64,000 nucleotides of DNA, taken from the NCBI GenBank assembly GCA_963749705.1, contig CAVVNQ010000007.1, positions 32,001 through 96,000 of the forward strand. Reading direction: 5' to 3'. The translations under genes were made by a program, and so were the position numbers. This DNA is from an uncultured Chloroflexia bacterium (GTDB lineage Bacteria; Chloroflexota; Limnocylindria; Limnocylindrales; CSP1-4). This document shows positions 22,268-31,751 of the stretch, piece after piece. Numbering within the stretch: the stretch's first letter is position 1; the number at the start of each line of letters is the position of its first letter. The notes under the pieces are model-generated. The model had not been told where the DNA came from. It searched no databases and saw nothing but the letters and a program-made list of their open reading frames with translations.

Positions 22268-22313
22268 GTGCGCTGACCGCCCGTCCCCGACACGCACGCC
22301 TGATTCGCGGGGG
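22268..22313 (+). repeat. Right direct repeat (hairpin segment absent)
   Basis: Exact 31-nt copy of 20526-20556 joined directly to a copy of 20586-20600. Confidence 0.85.
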
Positions 22314-22321
22314 TTCGAGCC

Positions 22322-23455
22322 TCAGGCCGGGGTCAGCGGCGGGGCGTAGCCCTCGGCCTCATCCTGGTCCTCGTAGCCGCCGTGATAGTCCTTCGCCTCC
22401 GGGCGCCGGATCGCGGACTGGGCGACCACCCGGCCGCGGCGGATCCCGCGGAAGTCGTCGAGCGACGTCCAGCCGCGCTCCGCGTTTCGGTCGAGGAACT
22501 CGGCCATTCCGGTCGTCAGGTTGCGGATGACGTTGGGCCCGATCGCATGGTCGAGCATCGCCGCGGTCGCCACCTGGGCCGTCCCGCAGCCGAGCAGGAA
22601 GTAGCTCAGCGCGTGGTCGAACGTGGAGATCCCGCCGATCGCAGAGAACTCGTGATCGGGGAACGCCTGCGTCATCTCGGCCATCTTGGCCAGCGACTGC
22701 ATCAGGATCCCGGGCCCGCCCTGCCCGCCCGGCGACACCAGGCCGTCGACGTTGACCTCGGGCTCAAGCGTCAACGGATCGAACAGCGGCAGCGACGGGA
22801 ACGTGTTGGACGAGGAGATCGCGTCGGCGCCCCCGCGGAACGTGGCCTCGGCCTCTTCCACGATGTTGGCCGTTGCCGGGGTGAGCTTGACCCACACCGG
22901 GACCCGGGCGACGGCCTTGACGGCCTGGGTGGACACGGAGCACAGGACCGGGTCCTTGCCGACGTTCGAGCCCATGTCGACGCGATCCATGTGCGGGCAT
23001 GAGAAGTTGAGCTCGAGCGCGTCGGCGCCGGCGTCCTGGACGCCCTCGACCAGGGTCTGCCAGTTGCCGAGCTCCTTGTCGGTGCCCGAGCCTGCCATGA
23101 TCGAGGCGACCAGGACCCGGTCCGGCCACGCGGCCTTGATCGAGCGGATCCTGGGCAGCCACCAGTCCATCGGCTTGTCCGAGATCAGCTCCCAGTTCCA
23201 GGACGCCATCAGCGCCGTGTCGGGGCGCTTCGCCATCGACAGTCGCGAGCCACCGATGTCTGCGCGCAGGAACTTGGTCTTGGGCCCGGCGACGTTCACC
23301 ACCGGGTGCAGCCCGATCGTCTTGGTGACCACGCCACCCCAGCCGGCTTCGAACGCCCGCATGATGTTGCTCTCGGACTCGGTCGGGGGCGCCGACGCGA
23401 GCAGGAACGGGTTCTCGAAGCGAATGCCCGTGAACACCGTGGACAGATCGGCCAC
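22322..23455 (-). CDS. preA: Dihydropyrimidine dehydrogenase PreA-like FMN subunit lacking the C-terminal ferredoxin domain
   Basis: NPFLLASAPPT, AFEAGWGGVVTKT, NWELISD, LELNFSCPH, VKLTP, GGIS; no C-terminal CxxCxxC clusters; AAGGAGGA RBS before GTG. Confidence 0.85.
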   Translation of the reverse strand: MADLSTVFTGIRFENPFLLASAPPTESESNIMRAFEAGWGGVVTKTIGLHPVVNVAGPKTKFLRADIGGSRLSMAKRPDTALMASWNWELISDKPMDWWLPRIRSIKAAWPDRVLVASIMAGSGTDKELGNWQTLVEGVQDAGADALELNFSCPHMDRVDMGSNVGKDPVLCSVSTQAVKAVARVPVWVKLTPATANIVEEAEATFRGGADAISSSNTFPSLPLFDPLTLEPEVNVDGLVSPGGQGGPGILMQSLAKMAEMTQAFPDHEFSAIGGISTFDHALSYFLLGCGTAQVATAAMLDHAIGPNVIRNLTTGMAEFLDRNAERGWTSLDDFRGIRRGRVVAQSAIRRPEAKDYHGGYEDQDEAEGYAPPLTPA

Positions 23456-23716
23456 TGGGCTCTCCTCCTTGCGCTGTGGGGATCCTGGCGCTGTGGAATG
23501 TCGCATCGTCCGGCCGAGGTGCTCGATCGCGGTAGGGCCGGTGGTCACGTCCCGTGCAGGCAGTCCGTCCAGCCCCTCCCGGTGACCCCACCCGGACCTT
23601 GTTTGCCCGCGCGAAGAGCGGAGGATCAGGTCTGTCGCGACGTCGACATGCGGCACAGCCGCGCATCCCAGCCGTCGGACGCCACGCGATCTCAGCACGC
23701 CAGGAGGCACACGGAC

Positions 23717-25261
23717 GTGACCACGGAAATCAGACCCAACGCGGAAGAGACGCCGCCGGCGATGCTGCCGATCCTGTCCCACTGGATCGACGGCCGGCCG
23801 GTCGAGGTCCTGCCGGAGAACACGAGCCCGGTGTTCAACCCCGCCACGGGCGAGGTGATCGCCCGGGTCCCGCGCGGCGGGGCCGCCGAGGTCGACCGCG
23901 CCGTCGCTGCCGCCAAGGCCGCGTTCCCGGCGTGGCGGGACATGCCCCTCATCGCGCGCAGCCAGCTGTTCTTCGCCTTCCGCGAGCTGATGTGGAAGCA
24001 TCGCGAGGAGCTGGCCGCGCTGGTGACCCGCGACCATGGCAAGACGTTCCCCGACGCCCTGGCCGGCGTGACCCGCGGCATCGAGACGATCGAGTACGCG
24101 TGCGGGCTGCCCGTCCACCTCGCCGGCATGAACACGCCCAACGTCGCGACCAACGTTGACGCGATCACCCTGCGCCAGCCGCTGGGCGTGGTGGCCGCCA
24201 TCACCCCGTTCAACTTCCCGGCCATGGTCCCGATGTGGATCTACCCGATCGCGCTGGCCGCCGGCAACACGTTCGTGCTCAAGCCCTCCTCGCACACCCC
24301 GGGGGCGACGCAGCTCCAGGCGGACCTGTGGAAGGAAGCCGGCCTGCCCGACGGCGTGTTCAACATCGTCTATGGCGGTCGCGAGGCCGTCGCCGGCATC
24401 GTGGAGCACCCGGACATCAAGGCCATCCAGTTCGTGGGCTCGACGGGCGTCGGGCGCTACGTCTACGAAGAGGGCACCAAGCGCGGCAAGCGGGTCGGTG
24501 CGTTCACCAGCGCGAAGAACGCGATGGTCGTGCTGCCCGACGCAGACCTGGAGATGACGGCCGATGCGGCGGTCGCGGCGGGCTACGGCTCGGCCGGCGA
24601 GCGGTGCATGGCCCAGACCCTCGTGATCGCGGTTGGCGGCGTCGCCGACCGGCTGCGGCCCCTGATCGAGGAGCGGATCTCCCGGCTCAAGATCGGGCCA
24701 GGCATGGACCCCGGCGTCGACATGGGCCCCATCTACACCGCAGACCATCGCGCGTCGGTCATGAAGTGGATCGATCGTGGCGAGGCCGAGGGTGCCGAGC
24801 TGGTCGTCGACGGCCGGCCGTTCGTCCATCCCGAGCATCCCGGCGGGTTCTACCTGGGCGTGACCCTGTTCGACCAGGTCACGCCGGACATGGACATCTA
24901 CAACGAGGAGATCTTCGGCCCGGTGCTGGGGATCGTCCGCGCGGAGACCTTCGACGAGGCGCTTGGCCTCGTGAACGGCCACCAGTACGCAAACGGCACC
25001 GCGATCTTCACCACGAACGGCGGCGCCGCACGGCGCTACCAGCTCGAGGTGGACGTGCCGATGATCGGCATCAACGTGCCGATCCCGGTTCCCGCCGGCT
25101 ACCTGTCGTTCAGCGGCGGCAAGGCGAGCTCGTTCGGCGACCTGCCGATGCGCGGCGAGGACGGCCTCCGGTTCTTCAGCCAGCAGAAGGAGGTCACGAT
25201 CCGCTGGCCCGAGCCCGGCAAGCAGGGCCCCCTGAGCCTGGTGTTCCCCGGCAACAGCTGA
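23717..25261 (+). CDS. mmsA: CoA-acylating (methyl)malonate-semialdehyde dehydrogenase
   Basis: ITPFNFPAMVPMW, LKPS, FVGST, AKNAMVVLPDAD, GSAGERCMA, EEIFGPV, GINVPIPVP. Confidence 0.9.
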   Translation: MTTEIRPNAEETPPAMLPILSHWIDGRPVEVLPENTSPVFNPATGEVIARVPRGGAAEVDRAVAAAKAAFPAWRDMPLIARSQLFFAFRELMWKHREELAALVTRDHGKTFPDALAGVTRGIETIEYACGLPVHLAGMNTPNVATNVDAITLRQPLGVVAAITPFNFPAMVPMWIYPIALAAGNTFVLKPSSHTPGATQLQADLWKEAGLPDGVFNIVYGGREAVAGIVEHPDIKAIQFVGSTGVGRYVYEEGTKRGKRVGAFTSAKNAMVVLPDADLEMTADAAVAAGYGSAGERCMAQTLVIAVGGVADRLRPLIEERISRLKIGPGMDPGVDMGPIYTADHRASVMKWIDRGEAEGAELVVDGRPFVHPEHPGGFYLGVTLFDQVTPDMDIYNEEIFGPVLGIVRAETFDEALGLVNGHQYANGTAIFTTNGGAARRYQLEVDVPMIGINVPIPVPAGYLSFSGGKASSFGDLPMRGEDGLRFFSQQKEVTIRWPEPGKQGPLSLVFPGNS

Positions 25262-25276
25262 TCCAGCGCTGTCATC

Positions 25277-25308
25277 CGAGCCCGCCGCCCCACCGGGTGG
25301 CGGGCTCG
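25277..25308 (+). terminator. Hairpin after mmsA
   Basis: 14-bp stem CGAGCCCGCCGCCC/GGGTGGCGGGCTCG with one G-U pair. Confidence 0.5.
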
Positions 25309-25366
25309 AACCATGTCCGGGGCTACGCTTCGGACATCACTGCCCATCCGACGGAGGCTTCGACGC

Positions 25367-26350
25367 ATGGAATACCGCAGGCTCGGCCGGACCGGCCGCG
25401 ACGTGAGCGCCGTGGGGTTCGGCGCGTGGGCCATCGGCGGCTCGTGGGGGACCGTGGATGACGGGCAGAGCCTGCGAGCGCTCCATGCCGCCGCCGACGC
25501 GGGCGTGACGCTGATCGACACCGCGGACGTGTACGGCGATGGACGCAGCGAGCAGCTGATCGCGCGCTTCCTGGGCGAGCGCCCCGGCGAGTCGTTCTTC
25601 GTGGCCACCAAGATGGGCCGAGCGGTCCCGCAGGAGGTCGCCAACTACACGCCCGAGGCCTTCCGGCGATGGGTGGATGGCAGCCGGGAACGGCTGGGGA
25701 TGGACCGGCTGGACCTGGTCCAGCTCCACTGCCCGCCGACCGCGCTGTTCTACCAGCCGGAGACCTTCGCCGCGCTCGACGAGCTCGTCGCGGACGGCTC
25801 GATCGCCGCCTACGGCGTGAGCGTCGAGAAGGTGGAGGAGGCCCTCAAGGCGATCGAGTTCCCGGGCGTCGCAACCGTCCAGCTCATCTTCAACGTGTTC
25901 CGGCAGCGTCCCGCCGAGCGGTTCCTCACCGAGGCCGCACGCCGCGACGTGGGCGTCCTCGCCCGGGTGCCGCTCGCGTCGGGCCTGCTGACCGGGAAGC
26001 TCACCGCGTCGACCGAGTTCGAGCCCACGGACCACCGGCGGTTCAACCGGCACGGCGAGGAGTTCGACATGGGCGAGACGTTCGCGGGGGTGGACTACGA
26101 CACCGGCCTCGCGGTCGTGGAAGAGCTGCGCGGCCTGGTTCCCGAGGGCGCGACGATGGCCCAGATGGCCATCCGCTGGATCCTCATGCGTCGCGAGGTC
26201 ACGGCCACGATCCCGGGCGCGAAGACCCCGGAGCAGGCGCGCGCGAACGCCGCAGCGGCCGACCTCGCCCCGCTCCCGGCGGCCACGATGGCTCGCATCG
26301 AGGCGCTCTACGACGAGCGGATCAGGCCCCTCGTCCATCAGCGCTGGTAG
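25367..26350 (+). CDS. Aldo/keto reductase
   Basis: MEYRRLGRTG, IDTADVYGDGRSE, ATK, DLVQLH, PLASGLL, IPGAKT. Confidence 0.92.
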   Translation: MEYRRLGRTGRDVSAVGFGAWAIGGSWGTVDDGQSLRALHAAADAGVTLIDTADVYGDGRSEQLIARFLGERPGESFFVATKMGRAVPQEVANYTPEAFRRWVDGSRERLGMDRLDLVQLHCPPTALFYQPETFAALDELVADGSIAAYGVSVEKVEEALKAIEFPGVATVQLIFNVFRQRPAERFLTEAARRDVGVLARVPLASGLLTGKLTASTEFEPTDHRRFNRHGEEFDMGETFAGVDYDTGLAVVEELRGLVPEGATMAQMAIRWILMRREVTATIPGAKTPEQARANAAAADLAPLPAATMARIEALYDERIRPLVHQRW

Positions 26351-26411
26351 GGGGCGTATCGCGCTGCGCGAACCGTGCGGCGCCCACCGGTCGAACGGCT
26401 ATCGTGAGTGG

Positions 26412-27650
26412 ATGACCACGACCTTCCGCGTGCCCGGCGCGATATTGACCGAGCGCGATCACGTCGTTCCTCTCGACCATGCGCGGCCCGATGGCCCGAC
26501 GATCACGGTGTTCACCCGTGAGGTCGCGGACCCCGACGGCCTGGACCGGCCGTACCTCGTGTTCCTCCAGGGCGGTCCGGGCTACGAGGCCGCCCGGCCG
26601 GTGCTGCCGGCGCCGGCCGGCTCGTGGATGCGACGCGCGCTGGCCGACTACCGGGTGCTGCTGCTCGACCAGCGCGGCACCGGGCGATCGACGCCGGTCG
26701 GCCCGCAGATCCCGGGCGCGACGCCCGAGGCGCAGGCGACGTACCTGACCCGTTTCCGGGCCGACTCGATCGTGCGCGACGCCGAGCTCATCCGGCAGGA
26801 GCTTGGCGTGGATCGCTGGAGCGTGCTGGGCCAGAGCTTCGGCGGGTTCACCAGCCTGGCGTACCTCTCGATCGCGCCCGAGGGCCTGCGCGAGGCGTTC
26901 CTGACCGGTGGCCTGACGCCCGTCGACGGGCGCTCGGTGGACGTCGTCTACCGCGCCACCTACCGACGCCTCATCGAGGCCAACCGGCGCTACTACGAGC
27001 GGTATCCGTCCGACCAGGCTCGCGTCCGCGAGATCCACCGCCGGCTCGAAGGCGAGGACATCCGGCTGCCGTCGGGCGACCGGCTGACCGTGCGCCGGTT
27101 CCGCCAGCTCGGGCTGTGGCTGGGGATGAGCGGCGGGTTCGAGCTGCTGCACCACGTCCTCGAGCTGCCCGTGGACTCGCCGGCCTTCGTGCACGACGTC
27201 GAGACCGCCCACGACTTCGGTCGCAACCCGATCTACGCGACGCTCCACGAGTCGTCGTACGCGGACGGCGTGGCCACCCGCTGGTCGGCTGATCGGCTGC
27301 TGCCCGAGGAGGTCCGCGACGGCGAGATGTTCACCGCCGAGCACATCTTCCCCTGGATGTTCGAGGACTACGGCGAGCTGCGGGCACACCGGGATGCCGC
27401 GCACCGGCTGGCCGAGCACCCCTGGCCGCGGCTCTACGACCAGGATCGCCTGCGCCACAACGAGGTGCCGGTCGCCGCGACGATCTACGCCAACGACCTG
27501 TATGTCGAGCGCGAGTTCGCCGAGGAGACGGCCGCCGTCGTTCGTGGGCTCCGTCCGTGGCTCACCGACGAGTACGAGCACAACGGGCTGCGCGCGGACG
27601 GGGAGCGGGTCCTGGGCCGGCTCATCGACCTCGTCCGGGGTCGTGCCTAG
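26412..27650 (+). CDS. Proline iminopeptidase (alpha/beta hydrolase)
   Basis: FLQGGPG, LDQRGTGRS, GQSFGG nucleophile elbow, DLYV, EYEHNGLR. Confidence 0.88.
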   Translation: MTTTFRVPGAILTERDHVVPLDHARPDGPTITVFTREVADPDGLDRPYLVFLQGGPGYEAARPVLPAPAGSWMRRALADYRVLLLDQRGTGRSTPVGPQIPGATPEAQATYLTRFRADSIVRDAELIRQELGVDRWSVLGQSFGGFTSLAYLSIAPEGLREAFLTGGLTPVDGRSVDVVYRATYRRLIEANRRYYERYPSDQARVREIHRRLEGEDIRLPSGDRLTVRRFRQLGLWLGMSGGFELLHHVLELPVDSPAFVHDVETAHDFGRNPIYATLHESSYADGVATRWSADRLLPEEVRDGEMFTAEHIFPWMFEDYGELRAHRDAAHRLAEHPWPRLYDQDRLRHNEVPVAATIYANDLYVEREFAEETAAVVRGLRPWLTDEYEHNGLRADGERVLGRLIDLVRGRA

Positions 27651-27651
27651 C

Positions 27652-28905
27652 GTGGACGGTCCCGCGGCAGGCGGCCGCGGAACGGGCGCCGATGTCGCGC
27701 TGCTGTTCCTGACCCGCGCCCTGCGGATGTTCGGGTACGGGTTCCTCGCCGTCGTCCTGGTCCTGTACCTGTCCTCGATCGGGCTGTCGGGCGGCGAGAT
27801 CGGGCTGCTGCTCGGCCTGACCCTGCTTGGCGATGCGGCGGTCTCGCTGTGGCTGACCACCCACGCGGACCGGATCGGCCGGCGGCGGGTGCTCATGGTC
27901 GGCGCGATCCTGATGCTGGTCGCGGGGCTGGTGTTCGTGGCCACGCCCGTGTTCGCGGTGCTGCTGGTCGCCGCGACGATCGGCGTGCTCAGCCCGAGCG
28001 GCAACGAGGTGGGCCCGTTCCTCGCCGTCGAGCAGGCGGCGCTCGCGCAGCTGATCCCCGGCCGGCGCCGGACCGGCGTGTTCGCCTGGTACCAGCTGAC
28101 CGGGTCGTTCGCGACCGCTGCGGGCACGCTCGCGGGCGGTCTCGTGTCCCAGCTCGCGCTCGACCGTGGCGCCGACGCGCCCGATGCGTACCGCCTGGTG
28201 ATCGTGGGCTACGCGCTGGTCGGCGCCGCCCTCGCGCTGCTGTTCACGCGCGTGTCGGCGCGCGTCGAGGTGCCGGCGCAGGCGGTCGCCGACGGCACGA
28301 TCCGCGACCGGCTCGGCCTCCACCGCTCGCGCTCGGTCGTGCTCCGCCTGTCGGCGCTGTTCGCGCTCGACGCGTTCGCCGGCGGGTTCGCGATCCAGAG
28401 CTTCATCGCGTTCTGGTTCCACGATCGATACGGCGTCGACCCGGCCGCGCTCGGCCTCGTCCTCGCGGCGGCCAACCTGCTGGCCGGGTTCTCGGCGCTC
28501 GCGGCGGGCCGGCTCGCCGCCCGGTTCGGGCTGGTGCGCACGATGGTGTTCACGCACCTGCCGTCGAACGTGCTGCTGATGCTCGTCCCGCTGATGCCGA
28601 CGCTGCCCCTGGCCGTCGCGACGCTGCTCGCCCGCTTCGCGATCAGCCAGATGGACGTCCCGACCCGGCAGTCATACACGATGGCGATCGTCGCGCCCGA
28701 CGAGCGCTCGGCTGCGGCCGGGGTGACCGGGATCGCGCGCAGTCTGGGGGTCGCGGCGGCGCCGCTGATCGCGGGTCCGCTGTTCGCGACCGCCTCGCTG
28801 GCCAGCCTGCCGTTCCTCATCGCCGGTGGACTCAAGGTCGGCTACGACCTGCTCCTCTACCGCGCCTTCAGCCGTCTCCGCCCGCCGGAGGAGCTGGAGG
28901 GCTGA
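27652..28905 (+). CDS. MFS transporter
   Basis: About 12 TM segments, ADRIGRRR motif A, MDVPTRQSY. Confidence 0.88.
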   Translation: MDGPAAGGRGTGADVALLFLTRALRMFGYGFLAVVLVLYLSSIGLSGGEIGLLLGLTLLGDAAVSLWLTTHADRIGRRRVLMVGAILMLVAGLVFVATPVFAVLLVAATIGVLSPSGNEVGPFLAVEQAALAQLIPGRRRTGVFAWYQLTGSFATAAGTLAGGLVSQLALDRGADAPDAYRLVIVGYALVGAALALLFTRVSARVEVPAQAVADGTIRDRLGLHRSRSVVLRLSALFALDAFAGGFAIQSFIAFWFHDRYGVDPAALGLVLAAANLLAGFSALAAGRLAARFGLVRTMVFTHLPSNVLLMLVPLMPTLPLAVATLLARFAISQMDVPTRQSYTMAIVAPDERSAAAGVTGIARSLGVAAAPLIAGPLFATASLASLPFLIAGGLKVGYDLLLYRAFSRLRPPEELEG

Positions 28906-29054
28906 ACCGCTCGCCCGCGGCACGGACACCCCCTCCGGCACGGTCAGAGCGGGTGATCTGGCCGTCGGCGGAAGGTGGCCGGCCGTCGACAATGTCGACC
29001 TTGCGTCCACACCGTCGTCGTTGCCCAGACGACCGACCGAGGTCCAGACCGACC

Positions 29055-31652
29055 ATGACCGTCGACGCGTTGACCCAGCACCAGCCAGACCCGTTCCTGC
29101 CGCTGCCGGCGATGACCGCGGACGCGGCCCGGACCGAGGCCGAGCGCTGCCTGTACTGCTACGACGCGCCGTGCACGCGCGCCTGCCCCACGGGCATCGA
29201 CGTGCCCTCGTTCATCCGCAAGATCGCCACCGGCAACATCGAGGGCAGCGCCCGGACCATCCTCGCGGCGAACCCGCTGGGCGCAACGTGCGGCGCGGCG
29301 TGTCCCGTGGAGCGGCTGTGCGAGGGCGCCTGCGTGCGCAACGCCGTCGATCAGCCGATCGCCATCGGGCGGCTCCAGCGCCACGCCGTCGAGGCGTACG
29401 CGGCGTCCGGTGGTGCGTTCATCACGCCCGGCGAGGAGACGGGCCTGCGGGTGGCCATCGTGGGCGCCGGCCCGGCCGGCTTGGCCTGCGCGGCGGAGCT
29501 CCGGCGGGCGGGGATCAGCGTCACCCTGTACGAGGCCGACGAGCGGGCCGGCGGCCTTGGCGACCACGGCATCGTGCCCTGGCGCCTGCCGCGCGAGACC
29601 GTCGCCCTCGACGTGGCCGAGGTGGAGCGCGCCGGTGCCCGGTTCGAGCTGGGCGCGCGGATCGGCCGCGATGTCGATCCCGCCGACCTGCTGGCCACCC
29701 ATGACGCGGTCGTGGTGGCCATCGGGCTGGGGCACGGCATGGAGCTCGGACTGCCCGGCGAGGACAAGGCCGGCGTGATCGACGCGCTGACCCTGATCCG
29801 GCATGCGATCGACGGCGGACCGGGCGAGGCGCCGATCGGCCGCCGGGTGGGCGTGATCGGTGGTGGCAGCACCGCGTTCGACGCCGCCGCCGCTGCGGTC
29901 CGCCTCGGGGCCGAGGAGGTCACCCTGTTCTACCGGCGGAGCATCGCGGAATGCCCCGCGTATCCGCATGCGATCGAGCTCGCCCGACGTCTGGGCGTCA
30001 CGATCCGCTGGCTGACCGCGCCGATCGAGATCCTGGGCGACCAACGGGTGACCGGGGTCGCGTTCGAGTCGATGCGCCTGGGCGCGCTGGACGCCAGCGG
30101 GCGCCCGCGCCCGACGCCGGTGCACGGCTCGTGGTTCGAGGTTCCCCTCGACACGGTGGTGCGCGCCGTCGGCCAGGACGAGCCCGAGGGCGCCGCGAGC
30201 CTCCGGGCCGGCCTTGGACTGCCCGTGCGCCAGGACGGCGTCGTCGCCGACCCGGCGACCGGACGGACCAGCAGCCCCAGGGTCTGGGCCATCGGCGACA
30301 TCACGAGCGGCGGGGCCGAGGTCGTCAATGCCGTCCAGGCCGGCAAGCTCGCGGCGAGGTCGATCGTCGAGGCCCTCGGTGCGGGCGGGCCGCGGATCGT
30401 CCCGGTCAGGCCGACCGACGCGACCGTGCCCGGCGTGGACCTGTTCACGGACATGGCCGGGATCCGGTCGCCCAACCCGTTCTGGCTGGCCAGCTGCCCG
30501 ATCACCAACAACGGCGACATGGTCGCCAGGGCATTCGACGCGGGCTGGGGCGGGGTCGTCTGGAAGACGATCGGCGCCCAGGTCCGCAACGTCACGTCGC
30601 GCCTGGGCTCGCTCGACGTCGACGGCCGGCGCCTGGTCGGGCTGTCGAACATCGAGCTCATCAGCGACCGCCCGACCGAGGACAACCTGACCGAGATCGC
30701 CGACATCAAGCGGCGCTACCCGAACCAGGCGGTGGTCGTGTCGCTGATGGTCGAGTCCAACCGCGAGGCGTGGCACGAGATCGTGCGCAAGGTGAACGAC
30801 ACCGGCGCGGACGGCTTCGAGCTCAACTTCGGCTGCCCGCACGGGATGAGCGAGCGGGGCATGGGCGCGGCCGTGGGGCAGGTCCCCGAGTACGTCCGGA
30901 TGATCACGGAATGGGTGATGGAGACCGCCGAGCTGCCGGTGCTCGTCAAGCTCACGCCCAACGTGACCGACATCCGACCGCCCGCCAGGGCCGCCCGCGC
31001 CGGCGGCGCCGACGGGATCGCGCTGATCAACACCGTCAGCTCGCTGATCGGCGTCAACCTCGATACCTGGGCGCCGGTTCCGGACGTTCGCGGACGCGGC
31101 AGCCACGGCGGGTTCTCGGGGCCGGCCGTCAAGCCGATCGCCCTGCACATGGTGTCTGCCGTGTCGTCCGACCCGGACGTGCGCATCCCGGTCTCCGGCA
31201 TCGGCGGCATCGCCGATTGGCGGGACGCGGTCGAGTTCCTGCTCGTCGGCGCGACCACGGTCCAGGTGGGCACGACGGTCATGCACCTGGGCTACCGGAT
31301 CATCGACGACCTCGTCGACGGCCTGTCGACCTACCTCCGCGCGAAGGGCCTGCACAGCCCGTCCGAGCTCGTCGGGCGCGCGCTGCCCACGCTCGGTGAC
31401 TGGGGTGAGCTCGACCAGACGTTCCGGCTGCTTGCCCACATCGACGAGTCGCGCTGCATCCACTGCAACGCGTGCTACGCCGCGTGCAACGACGGCGCCC
31501 ACCAGGCGATCCGCCTCGACGGGCACAACGGCACGTCGCGGCTGTCCGTGGACGGTGACTACTGCGTCGGCTGCCGGCTGTGCCAGTACGTGTGCCCGGT
31601 CGACGGGTGCATCACGTTCGAGGAGCTCGAGGGGGCGGCCGCACCGCACTGA
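29055..31652 (+). CDS. preA: Fused dihydropyrimidine dehydrogenase PreT-PreA (single polypeptide)
   Basis: N-half is GltD/PreT-like (EAERCLYCYDAPCTRACP, GAGPAG, GGGSTAFD, GDI). C-half is PreA (NPFWLAS, NIELISD, ELNFGCPHGMSERGMG) ending in a ferredoxin domain (CIHCNACYAAC, CVGCRLCQYVCP). No stop between the halves. Confidence 0.92.
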   Translation: MTVDALTQHQPDPFLPLPAMTADAARTEAERCLYCYDAPCTRACPTGIDVPSFIRKIATGNIEGSARTILAANPLGATCGAACPVERLCEGACVRNAVDQPIAIGRLQRHAVEAYAASGGAFITPGEETGLRVAIVGAGPAGLACAAELRRAGISVTLYEADERAGGLGDHGIVPWRLPRETVALDVAEVERAGARFELGARIGRDVDPADLLATHDAVVVAIGLGHGMELGLPGEDKAGVIDALTLIRHAIDGGPGEAPIGRRVGVIGGGSTAFDAAAAAVRLGAEEVTLFYRRSIAECPAYPHAIELARRLGVTIRWLTAPIEILGDQRVTGVAFESMRLGALDASGRPRPTPVHGSWFEVPLDTVVRAVGQDEPEGAASLRAGLGLPVRQDGVVADPATGRTSSPRVWAIGDITSGGAEVVNAVQAGKLAARSIVEALGAGGPRIVPVRPTDATVPGVDLFTDMAGIRSPNPFWLASCPITNNGDMVARAFDAGWGGVVWKTIGAQVRNVTSRLGSLDVDGRRLVGLSNIELISDRPTEDNLTEIADIKRRYPNQAVVVSLMVESNREAWHEIVRKVNDTGADGFELNFGCPHGMSERGMGAAVGQVPEYVRMITEWVMETAELPVLVKLTPNVTDIRPPARAARAGGADGIALINTVSSLIGVNLDTWAPVPDVRGRGSHGGFSGPAVKPIALHMVSAVSSDPDVRIPVSGIGGIADWRDAVEFLLVGATTVQVGTTVMHLGYRIIDDLVDGLSTYLRAKGLHSPSELVGRALPTLGDWGELDQTFRLLAHIDESRCIHCNACYAACNDGAHQAIRLDGHNGTSRLSVDGDYCVGCRLCQYVCPVDGCITFEELEGAAAPH

Positions 31653-31751
31653 GACCTGGCCGTACCGGGGGCTCCTCCGGACTCCAGACGGCGACCTGGG
31701 CGAGCGCTGCCGCCAGGCCCGTCGCGGCCGCCGCAGTGGGATACTCCGCCC

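Noticed and set aside
22300-22325. tRNA fragment or att site (GGTTCGAGCC resembles a T-loop)
   Set aside because: No cloverleaf or acceptor stem could be built around it.
28985-28999. GTCGAC-AAT-GTCGAC dyad upstream of the PreT-PreA gene as an operator
   Set aside because: GTCGAC is very common in this sequence and I found no convincing matching box at the other pyrimidine promoters.
27849-29054. N-terminal 400 aa of the 1267-aa ORF
   Set aside because: Off-frame shadow of the MFS gene; PreT similarity begins at ATG 29055.
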